DNA of 60,855 nt, the filler included, from Sluysia triapertura (taxonomy: Eukaryota), in assembly GCA_046118255.1 (NCBI GenBank). It is 5 parts of 5 records of this genome, joined end to end, with 100 filler letters (N's around TTAATTAATTAA, not from the genome) between each part and the next. Parts side by side here need not be neighbours in the genome. Positions count along the whole stretch, not along the records: positions 38,305 to 49,693 come from JBJNIA010185202.1; positions 49,794 to 60,855 come from JBJNIA010189474.1; 3 more parts are not named here. The stretch is one strand, 5' to 3'. How positions within the stretch are numbered: position 1 is the first letter of the stretch; each line of letters begins with the position of its first letter. A program made the translations under genes and the position numbers. Positions 40,277 through 53,570 of the stretch are shown here, piece after piece. Below the pieces are notes generated by a model that saw only the letters and a program-made list of their open reading frames with translations, did no database searches and was not told the DNA's origin.

Positions 40277-42750
40277 TACAAACAACTTGTGTTTTTTATT
40301 TAAAACAAGCTTCAAAATTCAGGAAGCATCGTATAATCAAGCATGTAAGCAGAAAAATTTGTTATACAACTTAGTTGACTTTATACGTGATTTAAGACAC
40401 TAAAAAATTAAGTTATGGCTGTTTTTTTGTTAAATATTTAATTATATATATTGCCATAATTCTTTCTAAGAAATCACTTGGAAAATGCTTTTATAATTAA
40501 TTATGTTTGGTGAGTCTGCCTACAGTAAACGTTTTATGTCTTTGTTGGAGATGCTCCTACAGAATTTTAAAAAAATGAGATGTCTATTTTTTGAGGATAT
40601 TATTTCTTTAGCTTTTAAGGTAAGCTCACGACGTAACATTAAACCAACAACAATACGACCTTTTAATAACGTTTTATCCAGTGGTTGGATAAATTTGTCT
40701 AATTGTGGACTTTGATAGCTGACAGTAATTTATTATTTTGTATATACAACTTTAGTATGAAAAGAAAATGTAACTTTTACTTAAAATTTCAATAAAATAT
40801 TATTCACAATGCGGCAATAATGATTCTGTAACAAATTTAAACAGGTTTGATTCTGAGTTTATTTATCTTTATTACTGATTATAATTCAATAATAACTTCA
40901 TAAATCAATATCAATTACCAAAATGTAAAACTAAAATCTAAGAATAGCACAACTCAATTAAAAATGAGTTAACTACAACAAAGTTAAGCATTGAAGAAAT
41001 ATGAGATTCAATTACAGCAGCAGAGTCTATTTAATAGATTTCGAATCGCAATTCGACTAAAATGTGTGCATATTCCTTAGAATCGGTGTTAGGCCGACAA
41101 ATGTTAGTGATTAAAATTTAACAATAATTTCCGTCACATTTAATAGATTTTCAACGAAATAATAATTAATAATTACAACTTTTAAGTAAATAAAGAAGGT
41201 AATCTTCAGACTTCATTAAATTATTTTCTATTAATCAAAATTGTTAAATTAAAGCAGATGTGCGCACATAAACTTTAGTTTACTTTAGAAGTTAATACTA
41301 AAATAAATTATTATTCGTCCTTAAACAAGATTCATTTAGCGATATTTAAATTAAAGTATAAACTTTAAAATTGCTTTTGCTGAATTTATTTTATGTGAAA
41401 TAATAAAATGAAGTTTTATTGCGCTCGAAAGAAATTAATTTCATTTAGTCTTTAAATCTTTTAATCGATCTACGGAATTACACATACCGTCAGTTTTTAA
41501 TTGTTAATTACAGTTTTTCTTGAATATAACTTTTAAATAATTGTTAATATCAAATTTTAAAAATAAACTTCAGAACAATCAGAAAGTCCGATAAAATAAA
41601 ATGACACGTGGAAAGCTAGCTGTTAAAGCGAATGACTGAGTAGCAAAAATAGCAGTTTGGGTTACACTTATAATTTATAATCAAAATCACGTCAAAAGAC
41701 CTAATGGGCGAACTATTTTGCGAAAATATAAAATGCATAAAGAGAAAAGGAAATTTGGTACAAAATAATTAGAAAGTTATTTTTAATTATTTTAAAGTGG
41801 TTTTGAAGGAGTCTGTCCTTTTATTATTTCGTACAAGTGGTTTTATCAAAGTAGATTTTGGAACAGAAACAAGAACGGTAAGGTTTTCATAATATGGTTG
41901 GTGTACCATAAGTGAAGACTTAGGGAAGAAACACGGATCATATAGAGATATAAGTTTGCTTGTATCTAGGTTTATGCATCGTAAACGGAATATCTCACAT
42001 CTGAAATGGAATTAAATAATTAACGATTATAAAGATAAAAACAAATTATAAAAATTAAAATAAAATGAATTTAAACTGTTTGTTTATATTCAAATATGTA
42101 AGAAACAAGTAAAACAGTGTATAATTGAAAATTCAGAAGAATTATATACAAATTATATTATTATTTTTTATCACTTAACAAGATAAATATAAATTAATAT
42201 AAATGTATCCATTATCATGAATAAAAGTTTATCCCAAATTAATATTATAACCAAGAAATGTCAAATTATAAATCAAATAACAGTTAATTAACGGTTAGCT
42301 TTTTAGAGCACTAATAAATAAATGTACATCAATAAAAAAATTAATCGCGGGTGAACCAAGCAAAATTGTAATGTTCCCCAAAATTTAAATCAAAATAATC
42401 AATATAAACCGAAGTAATAACAATACAAATCGAATCTAATCAATGTCTTTTCGCTCACTGACTTTAGACAAAATGATTTTGTTTTTAATACTTAAAATCA
42501 AAAGATAATTATTAAAAATTGATCAAAGTTTGCTTTTAAAAATTTATAAACAACCAATTAAATCATTTGTCACTTAAGGGTTATATAAAATTTAAAGAAA
42601 AAATTGAAAATAAAATTTCATGGGGTATTCTTGTGTTTTCTAGTAACAAAAATGCAACAAATTCTCAATTTCATTACTTAAATCACAGGCATATGGTTAC
42701 ATAAAAATTAAAACAAAAATATAATAGTATATTTTGTAAAGTATAAATTT

Positions 42751-43417
42751 TCAGGGTGGAAGTAAGAAATTATTTGAATTATTATCTATGTCTGGTGTCT
42801 TCCATATACAAAAACTATGTTCTAGTAACCAAAAATGCAACAAACTGGCCATTTCATGACTTAAGTAACAAGCATAGGGATACCGACTCACGATAACCTG
42901 CCATAAGCCACCCCATCTTAGATCTAAACTTTGCTTTATAAATCTTGCCATTTCGTATTCAGATGTCATTTCTTTTTGTGCTTTTCTGGCTAAACGAATA
43001 ATAAATGTTTTAACTGACTGATCCATATTTGGTTCTAAACGTATTACACGAACATTTGACCAGTCTTCATCATTGCCAAGTGTATGTTTTGCAAGTAATG
43101 CGCCAGAACGTCTATTTGCAACAACTCTTCCACTAAAATTAATGAAATATAAAAATATTATTAACTTACTAATAATGTTCACGAGGTACCAGACCTAATG
43201 CAGTACAATATGCTTCAATAGTAATACGTCCATCTTTATTAGGTTCAAATAATCGTAACCATTTCTAAAATTATTTAAATAACATGCAGTAAAATATTCA
43301 CACATCTACAAAATCGCCATCATAATTATGCCTTCTCATATATGTTGAAATTTCTTCATATGTAACTTCTCCACAATTATCAACATCTAATTCTTCGAAA
43401 AGTCGCAAAAAATCCAT
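42751..43417 (-). CDS. Tegument-allergen-like (TAL) protein with N-terminal EF-hand pair and C-terminal dynein-light-chain domain, 196 aa; exons 43417-43304, 43264-43170, 43132-42751
   Basis: EF loop DVDNCGEVTYEE, second EF-like FEPNKDGRITIEAY, DLC motif MARFIKQSLDLRWGGLWQVIV...CIWKTP; 39- and 37-nt GT-AG introns. Confidence 0.9.
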
Positions 43418-44331
43418 TTTAATTTACTTAGATATATTGTAACCAGTTACTTTTGTAAATATTTAATTAACATTTTTTACATTTAAATGTCATTAGAGAA
43501 TGATGTATATTTACCTTATAATTATTAAATTCATTATAATATTTAAAATTTTTTTAATTTCAATATTTTAAAATTAATTTTGTTTTTGTTTATTTGCGAT
43601 ACTTTTATTTAACAAATGATTTTCCTTATTTATATTCTAAGGATAACAAAAATTTCTTATATAGATTATTTTGTTGCATAAAAATAATTAAATACCACAA
43701 GTGTACTATAAAATATATTTCATTGTTATTTTAAGAAAACTAAAGTTTGGATTCTTTATATGAATATATATTGCATTTTTAATTTAGTATTTATGGTTAC
43801 ATGAAATTTAATTGTTTGTACGATGCTCGTTATTTATTGATTAATTGTTGCAATAATTAGTCTTTTCCAGTAAAATGGTGTAGTGAATTATTCACTATTA
43901 TTCGATTAAAACCTAGCGAGGATTTAATTTTTAAAAATCTAATTTCTGATATAAGAAGTAAAGTGTATGTGATAATTGTTTATTTAGCTTTTTTTAACAG
44001 AAATATTAAAATCTTACGATTAACTTAATAATGGTATTTGTGATTAAGAAGCAATGTTTAAAATAATTAAGTTTTTTGATTTTGTAAAGGTTTCAGTAAA
44101 ATGAAGATAGTATTAACATTTCTTAATTTGTTATTGATAATGAAACTAAAATAAGTTTTTTAAACATATTTTAAAATAAAGTAAATAATACAAAATATAT
44201 AGCAAAAAACGAAAATTATGTGTTTATGATGCCATTTTTGTTTTACTTTTCATAAATTTGGAGGATATTTGAAATTTATTTTTATGTTGGTAAGTGTAAC
44301 TGCTTAATTTTAATTATTACGATATTTATAG

Positions 44332-47300
44332 ATGGCAGGCATCAAAGATAATATTTTTCGGTAATTCATTTTATTTTTGATTTATAATTATTAATTTATA
44401 AATGCACGATTTTTGATAATAAATTCTTTAGATTGCCGTCAGATAATGAAAATTCAGCTCAATGTAAACAACAATTGGAACTTTGTACAAATACAAAAAA
44501 TGTAAATTACAATTCAGGTTTTGTCGGTTTATCTGAGGAAACAGAAAAATTGTTGAATTCCATACCAACCGGTAATATGGATATTAATTTTAATGTAAAT
44601 GATGTACCATTACCGGATCTACCCAACAAAGATAAATCAAAAAAATATCGAAAAAGAAAACATGATTTAGTCTATTCAGATTCAAAATTAATTAATAAAG
44701 ATCATAAAAAGCATTGCTCGAAAACGGTGGACAATAGTCTTTCAAGAAGTCGGTTTGAATTAGTTAAACCATCTGTTTGTAAAAACCGTGGAGTTAATCG
44801 TTATGGTTCAACCTGGGGTGAAAGATCAGTGAATTCATTTAAAATATTATCTGAAATTGGAGAAGGTACATATGGGCATGTTTTTAAAGCCTTAGATCGT
44901 GAAACTAATAAATGCAGAGCTTTGAAAAAAGTTCGATTAGAAAATGAAAAAGAAGGATTTCCTATTACAACAATTCGAGAGATAAAAATTTTACAAAAAT
45001 TGAAGCATACAAACATTGTTGAATTTTTAGAAGTGGTTACGGATTATGATATTAAAAATGATACATCGAGTAATAAAGGTTTTTATTTAGTTTTCGAATA
45101 TATGGATCATGATTTATATGGTATAATTGATTCTGGCGTACAAATGAGTGAATTACAAATTTCATCGATTATTAAGCAAATTTTAGAAGGTGTTAATTTT
45201 TGTCACAAGAAAATGTTTCTTCATCGTGATCTGAAGTGTTCAAATATTTTGATGAATAGCAGGTTATTGTATAATTTTTTACCAGTTGTAAATTATGTAA
45301 TATGATGAAATAATGTGTAAAAATTAAAATAAACAATTTTTATATTTGACAAAAAATACTTATTTAGTGGTGAAGTAAAATTAGCTGATTTTGGTTTGGC
45401 GCGATTATATGAATCGGATAATCGTAAAAGGCCTTATACAAATCGAGTAATAACTTTGTGGTATCGTGCACCGGAATTATTACTTGGTGAAGAATGTTAC
45501 GGGCCACCAATTGATATTTGGTCGATCGGGTTTGATTTGATTATTCTCATCCCTATCAGATATCCTCAATATGGTATTTTTAAATTTCAGTAAATAATTA
45601 ATTAAAGTAGTAATCACGTCACTTTCCCGAAAACTTGCATTAAATTAAGTTTTTAGTGAAATATTTATTACGCGCATAGTTTTAAGCATACTCATATTTG
45701 CAAAACATATTACGAAAAATGATACCATAGCAAAAGTTGAATAAAATTTCCCAGGTAATTCTCTGCATCTATTAAAGATGAATACTACTATAGATAGTAT
45801 TTGTTAGTCGAGCAAACATTTAAATGAGAACATAATATCGCCCGTGCTCAGACAAATTTTACTTGCAATGCGCCTCGGTTTCATGTTATAAGAAATTCAT
45901 CTTGTTTGTAAGTATGAATGTAATAAAGCTTGTGCTTCTTTTAACTGAATATATACATTGATATTCGATTTCATGTAAGAGACATACAATTATAAAGTGT
46001 TGAATAATGTAATGTAAGCTATTTAATGATGAAAATTTTGCATAATTTATTTGAATTTTTGTATTTATGGATTCGTTTTAATCTAATTAAACTACATTTG
46101 TTTAAAATTCCATGCAGTATAAAGGAAATCAGGATTTTCTGAATGATTTCATCTTTACAATTCATGTAATATCGTAAAATTAGCTTTTATGAGCCTTACG
46201 CTGTATTTTTATTGATTTCCATTTTTAATACGGCATTCCCAACATTTAAAATGAACTTTAAAAATTGTTTTCATTTGAGAGTTATTGCTTGCAGAAGAAT
46301 ATTAATGAATTGTGTAAATTAAGTAGTGGAGATTAAAATTCTTAACATTATTTGACACAATTGAATGAAGAAATACTTTGTATAAATTAAAATTATGAAA
46401 ACTGCAAACTGAAATGGATTTTTGTCGATTTTGGTTGTGTGGATAATTTAAATTGTGACCGATCCCTTTTATATTTTTTCAATTGATAGCTATTTTGTCA
46501 GGTTTTATTTTAATATGAATTTAACAGTATTCAAATTTACGGTATCAACTATAATAGATGATTATGTTTTAATGTGGATTATAAATCACCATCATTTTTT
46601 AAAATTTGACAACATTTATCATTCAATATGTATTCTTTACTTTCACCTGCGACTGTATGGGATCAATATTTTGAATTTCGTCATTCAATCTTTATAGTCG
46701 AGTAACTGGAACTATTTTCAATGTTTATTTTTCTTTTAATGAAAATTTGAATATTTTTAATTTATTAAATTGTGAATTATTAAATTCCTTAAACATTATT
46801 TCTAGTATTTTTTTCCACTACCAACTTCGAATTTTTCAATGTATCAATTTATCTCATCAACTATTATTTTTAAGAGATTGTATGATTTGAACAGTATATG
46901 CAATGATAATTTGATTTTTTCGGAACGTGTCATTTTTATGACGTGAAAAGATGCAAAGTATGTATTATTATCATGCATTTAAATTTAACATTTTAGTCAT
47001 CTATTTTTAGTCGACGATTTTTAAAGAATGGTAAAGTTGAAGTTGCTAAAAAAATTAAACGTTTTGATGCCACTTGATGAAAATAAATGTAAGATTTAGC
47101 GCTGTTTTGAATGTGTTAATTTTTATATTTTTAGTTTCAACACTCTCGAGTTATTATTCTTGACATCGACTTTTCTTAATAATTTGTTACTTTATTTATT
47201 AGGTGATGTATTACTAAATTTTTACAATTAAAACTATCATGCACATACTTGAGGATATCTGTAAATGTAAAATTTGATTATTATACAAACATTTTTTCCA

Positions 47301-49693
47301 GAATAAATCATTAATGAATCAAATATGATTGATTAAATAAAGTGGAACCATCATTACGTGATGGTGATAATAACGACAGAAGTAGTTGACGATGTTAAGT
47401 GCGGCTAATGACATTAAACGTGTTTAAAAAGTAAGAAGAAATATACTCCGTTATTTATAATGATCACATGATTTGATTAAATTTATCCAGATTTATGTTC
47501 ATTGTTGTGCGATGTAATAATTCTAAAGTATCTGGTTTTGTGTATGAAAACTTAACATTTTATATTTTGGTTACTTAATAAATATTTGTTTCTTTTTAAC
47601 TTAGAATTAGTTTTGATTTCTGAATTTAAATTAATTTTTAATTTTAATTCTAAGAAGTTATTTTAAAAGTGCAAAATCACAAAATCAGTTTAACAAATAT
47701 AATTTTAAAAACAAAGAAGTGTAATTTGAAGTGTTAGTAAGTCCGACTTTGCAAACAACCTTTGTTGATGATAAATATTGAAGCTTAAATTTAATCCAAG
47801 GATTATTGTATTTCCTTTGTTCATATAAACATTCAAAATTTTAGATTAATTACAGTGGTAGCCAAATTATTAGACTAAAACAGGAATAATGTTTTTCTGG
47901 TATGGAAACTCTGCATACATGAATCCCATAGATAATCTGTGGTAGATTGTCAAAAGGAAAGTTTTTACTCATAAACCAAACCACCAGGGTTAACTTATTG
48001 AAACCCTGGTAAAAGTATGTCATCAGGATGACGAGATCAAAGACTTGTGCCCCAAGCTCAACTATGGCATGTCTTTAACGATCAGGAAATTATTGGATAA
48101 GGAAGGAGGGCAAACAAAATACTGATACAACAGTTTGTACATATTTGCTTTATTCTACATGAATAAAATGTCTGTGTGTTTTGGATCTCAGTATTTTTTA
48201 TTTTACTTTCACCAGAATTTTTTGGAAAAACTAGTCATTATCTAACGTTTTACATATTCTGTGATTGTGCTTTTGTACACTTGATTTATAATTTCAAAGT
48301 ATCCTTGAAAAATGTTAAATTTTATCACAAAATTGGTCTCTAGTCTGATAATTTGGCCACCATTGTAGATAATAAATGTAAGTAACATGTTAATTTACAT
48401 GTTAATATTTATTGTGACATGGACTCAAAAGTTTGTCTTGTAATTCAGTCATATCTCACAATTTGTCAATACTGAAGCATTTCTGAGTAGTAGGTTTTAA
48501 ATTTTTGAATCCCATTGTGAACAACTGACCAATAAATAGAGACTTAACCATCGATGAAATTGTGTTACTAAAAAATTAATTCTCATTAATGACATTAAAT
48601 AATCGGTCAATTTTGCCGTCAAGTTTCTTTATCAGCAATGATTTGTCTGTACAATTTATGTGAACTAATTTTTCATATAAATGCTTGCTGATATGTAGAA
48701 TATAAATAAAATAATCTAAGAAATAAATGAAAAATATCGAATATCTGAATAACTGTTGGAAACAATCTAACTGATTTAAACACATGAACCTATTTCTATT
48801 GAAGCATTCTATATCTATAAGTGTTATTTTGTTAATTTAGACAATGAATTAGTTTTAGTAAAGTTAATGTTTGTTACTCTGAACTTTATCACGTACTTTT
48901 TCAAAAATATATGTACGAAATGCTTAACAATTTCATGAGAATTAGAACAGTAGTACGATCTACCCAGTTATTATTTTGTGACTATGGAAATTATGGAACT
49001 TATTAACTACAACACGAAGAGGAATTTTGAAATAATTGGACGAGTAGGTAAAAACAAATTTTATTTCCACCAAGAGGTTTCGAAAATTATCAAAATAGGA
49101 AATTTACATATTAAATATGAAAGATTTGAAATAAATTAAACATTTAATGTAGAAATAACTAAAATATGACATGAAATTAAAAATGAAGTTTTGTGGAAAC
49201 TTTTGAAGCATTAACGAATACAAAGAGTATATAGAGTATATCTCAATATTTCCATATATATCCTTTCTTCTGCTATGTAGATATGAAAAAACGATAAAAA
49301 TATTTATATTTGTAATAATAAATAAGTGACATCTAAATTCAAATAAAATGCGTACGTATTTTTACTTAGCCAATAACTTCAGAAATTCATTGATGCATAG
49401 TTAAAGGGTTAAATAAAAGCAAAACTTTTTGTAAATTCCGAAAAAACTGTACACAGATTTGTTTAATAATGAAACTTATCTGTGCTTGTATTATTATTAC
49501 AATTAAGGTGTATTATGGGTGAATTGTTTACTCATCGCACTCTGTTTCAAGCAAGCAATGAATTAGATCAATTAGATTTGATTTCAAAACTGTGTGGTAC
49601 ACCGAATAAATCGATTTGGTCTGATGTTGAAAAATTGCCTTTGTTCAAAACCTATAAGCCGAAAATCATTCATCGACGCCGATTGCGAGATTA
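44332..49693 (+). CDS. CDK12: CDK12/CDK13-type CTD kinase, 5' part; exons 44332-44360, 44432-45262, 45368-45529, 49508-49693 (truncated)
   Basis: [58 protein letters not shown]...[13 protein letters not shown]. Start codon uncertain; CDK12 versus CDK13 not resolvable. Confidence 0.88.
47853..48365 (+). mobile_element. Internally deleted Tc1-family transposon
   Basis: 25-bp TIRs CAGTGGTAGCCAAATTATTAGACTA, TA target duplication, remnant [14 protein letters not shown] (NPIENLW motif) and GGQTKY* end. Confidence 0.9.
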
Positions 49694-49793
49694 NNNNNNN
49701 NNNNNNNNNNNNNNNNNNNNNNNNNNNNNNNNNNNNNTTAATTAATTAANNNNNNNNNNNNNNNNNNNNNNNNNNNNNNNNNNNNNNNNNNNN
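49694..49793. other. Artificial contig spacer
   Basis: Same linker; truncates a CDK exon. Confidence 0.97.
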
Positions 49794-50106
49794 TTATTAT
49801 TTAAAAATATTAAATAATTAAGCTATAATAGAATGTATATAAATATCACTTGCAAATATTTTGCAACGCACATTTATTAGTTATAGTTAGTTACAAAGTT
49901 TTTTTAAAGAAAACTTGAAGATATTATTCAGAATTAATTATTGAAATTCCGAAATTGAAGATACAAATTAAAAATATTTCTAACTATTGTTGTGATATTT
50001 ATTGTACTCACAGCTTAAAATCATAATATTTAAAATTATTATAAACATATATTTTAAAAATTATTTGTATTAATTATTATTAATTAATTATTATTATAAA
50101 TTAATA

Positions 50107-50153
<47 letters not shown>

Positions 50154-52008
50154 GCTCTATTATTGTTTTTGTATAAAGTGTTTAATTAATAATTTTTTCA
50201 ATTTGAATTCTTATTGAGAGTAGAGCCCCAAAAGGAGAAGATTAAAGTAACTTTACATAATAATTTAAAATAATATTTGTTTTGATAAAATAAAATTTGA
50301 GTTGAAGATAAAATAAAGACGTACGCCAAAATAAATACTCAACAATAAGTTAATATTTAAAATCAAAGAAATACACATTATGTGGAATATTTAATCCATC
50401 TTTAGTACCAAATGATTTAGCCTTTCTAAGAGCAACATTACATTCCTAAGGATCCATTTTATATAATATACTTTTCGTATCGAATACCAGCTTTAAATAT
50501 TAAACTAATCCTACACACAGGGAGGGTAATTAGACCTATATCATTAATAAAGTTGATCTAACATATCTAATTTAAAATTTTTCCAATAAAGACATTTATA
50601 TTCAGTTAAAAAAATTAATATATAAAAATATAAAAATGAAAAATTTATTGAAAAGTGTTATCAGTATGTCAACTATTTTCAAATGAATAAAGAGCATTAT
50701 TTATTTAATATTTGCGAATTATATCTGATTACTTAACGTTCACGCTCGAGTTAATTCGAGCGTGATCATTTTTTTGATATTTATAACTTTACGATTTCGG
50801 GAATTTGTATAAAGGCCACTGTTTCTTATATTTTACGATTTAGTCATGAAATATCAAATACTTGTTTCTTTTGTTTTATATGTTTAGTTCAATATTTACT
50901 TCAGTGTTGTAAACTTGCAAATATAAGCATATTTTTAGTTAGTTATTTTGTTATTGCATAAAATAAAATTGCGTATGTTGGATATTCATACAATTGGTAT
51001 GTTTACTAATTTTCAAATTATTATTATTATATTTTATTTTACATTATATTTTAGTAATACATATTATTAGTAATACAAAATATTTAATAATTTTTTTAAA
51101 TATTTTTTTTATTTAAGAGCGACATTACATTATTAAAAATTTTGTACCCTTATTATTATTATTTCTGTTGAAAAAGAATCAATGAATATTTTTACTGATA
51201 AAATTGTTTTTTTTCGAAACCGCAATTCGAAAATAAAGATAATAAAAGTTGATTTACGTACAAGATTGCAATATTACAATTAGAAATTTGTATTTTTTGC
51301 CAAAACAAGGTTCTAAAAGGTGTTTTATTAAATAAAAAAATAGCTTTTTTGCCGATTTTTCCAAAATATGTATTAATCTTGGAAGTATTAATATCGTTTT
51401 ATTTATAAATATATCGGATATAACTTACATATTATTATCAATATTAAAATCAATACTACAACCAGCCGAGTATTGAGAAATTAAAGCATCTGTTTTCTTT
51501 TGCTTGGCGACTAATGGAATTTTTGTTGCTATTCGTTTTAGTTTCATTAAGTCTAGAAATAGTTATATAAGATGTATTAATAATAATAATATTAATAATA
51601 ATAATAATGATAATAATAATAATAGTAATAGTAATAAATTTTGGCACCAAAATTTAAAATGAATTGAAATGAAATTAAAATGAATATAAATATAAATACC
51701 TAAATTTAATTAGGTTATAATTTATCTATTTGCAATAATAAAAGCTGTGTGAATTTTATTTTAAAATTATATTGTAATGAAAACTTTAGTTTCTTTAAGT
51801 TCAAATTATATTTATTGCCCTTAAACTTATTCTTTATTAATAATTAATGACTCTTACCCACTTGAAAATTATTTGTAAGCTTTAGGTAAATATAAACTTT
51901 ATAAAACTTTTATTTTTATTGTAGATTAAGAATATTGTAATGTTCATTTTAATCACTTTAAAAATCATTTTACCATTTTAATTTTCATAATTTTAATGTT
52001 AATTAATG

Positions 52009-52385
52009 TTTTAAATTGAGATTGCATAGAGGTAATATAAATTCAAAATTTAGTAACAAAAAACAATAAATTGTACAGAGTAATCATTTTAAATTGAGAT
52101 TGTATAAAGATAACATGAAATCAAAATGTATAAACATTAATGAAATAAATAAAATCATTTTTAAATTAAGTTTTGGCAGAGATAATATGAAATTAAAATT
52201 TCAGAGCATCAAAAAATCATCTTAAAAACAGTATTCAGAATATTATGTTAAATAAAATAAAATCATGTTAAAGTAGGATTAAATAGAGATAACATGTAAT
52301 TGAAATTTAATATTATATTCGATCAAAATTATTTTAAATTAAGAATAGGCGGAATAGATAGAAATAACATGATATCAAAATTTAA
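52009..52385 (+). repeat. Degenerate minisatellite, 5 units
   Basis: Core TTTTAAATTRAG...AGAKAAYATGAAATYAAAAT separated by variable AT-rich linkers. Confidence 0.7.
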
Positions 52386-52439
52386 TTAATTAATAATTAA
52401 TAATAATGGTTATTATTGTTCTGTGCTTACTTAATTCTA

Positions 52440-52656
52440 TTAATTATTTAATAACTATTATTATTTAGTCTAATAACTATATTGTAAATAACTATAATGA
52501 TATTAATACTGTTGAATATTGTGAATTATTGTGAATAACTAAACTAATATTTAGTTTAAATAACTATATTATTTCTATTAACTATGGACCCAAAAAACTA
52601 TATATAGCAAAGATTTTTGTGGAATAGTGAACAATTCACTATAATTTTATTCAGTG
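52440..52656 (-). mobile_element. CACTG-ended (CMC/EnSpm-like) transposon end with AATAACTAT subterminal repeats
   Basis: Minus strand begins CACTGAATAAAATTATAGTGAA; about 6 AATAACTA repeats; related TAGTGAAwwwTTCACTA palindrome at 43880. Confidence 0.4.
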
Positions 52657-52729
52657 TAATTACAAAAATTACAAAATTCCAACACATATTAATACGATAA
52701 TGGATAAATCATAAAATAGCACGATAGAC

Positions 52730-53570
52730 TATGGAGAAATCCAAATTACAAATTAAAATTTAACAAAGACAAAAAAGAACAATTATATGAAGTTATTTAC
52801 CGTTTTCCAGAGGGAAATTTCAAAAAATAAATATGATATAGGAGACACCGTAATTATAAAACATGAAGATGAAGTAATTCGAAGGAAACTATATAGAATT
52901 AAAAGAAAATGGAGGACCAAATAGGTACCATGAAAAGGCTGAAGTAATGCGGCCAAATTTCTCCCTATTTTCGTCACCAAAATTACTAGTAAAGGAGAAG
53001 GATGATACGATTTGTATAGATTTTAGGGAGTTAAATAAAATACGAGGAAAGATGCATTTCCATTACCGCAAATAGACGAGTTGCTGGATGAATTGGGAAA
53101 CGCTACATATTTTACAACTCTCGATTTACAAAGTGGATGATTCATATCCATAGATGTCAAGCTGCAGCAAAAGAAGAGTGCACTTAAGAAATAAAAAAGT
53201 TCAAAAATCAAAAAAGGTTAGGCCAAAACAAAAATATCGTGATAAACTACATTCAATCCATTTATTAATACACAAACAAGTAGTATTCATGATTCATCTC
53301 CCACTGGTAATTCAGCTCATATAATGGGTTAGTGCAGCTATTGACACCGGTGCTACCACATCAGTAGTACATCGTAACTCTCTAACCACAAGGGAAATTA
53401 GTATTTATAAACCAACCTAGAACAATAATTTATAGTGTTAATCAAACACCGATTAATATTAATGGAGTGTTACTATGTTACATAGACATTTTGGTTTAAT
53501 TTGTACAAGTATCCGTAAATGTTTGGGATAGCCCATTCGACTTAATATTAGACTTAGGTGTTATTAATGA
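52730..53570 (+). mobile_element. Decayed Gypsy/Ty3 pol fragments (RT N-terminal part, then aspartic protease)
   Basis: CIDFRELNK..KDAFPLPQIDELLDELGNATYFTTLDLQSG at ~53015-53140; IDTGATTSVV at ~53340. Confidence 0.88.

Noticed and set aside
52009-52385. CRISPR array
   Set aside because: Eukaryotic context, degenerate cores, irregular AT-rich linkers, no cas genes
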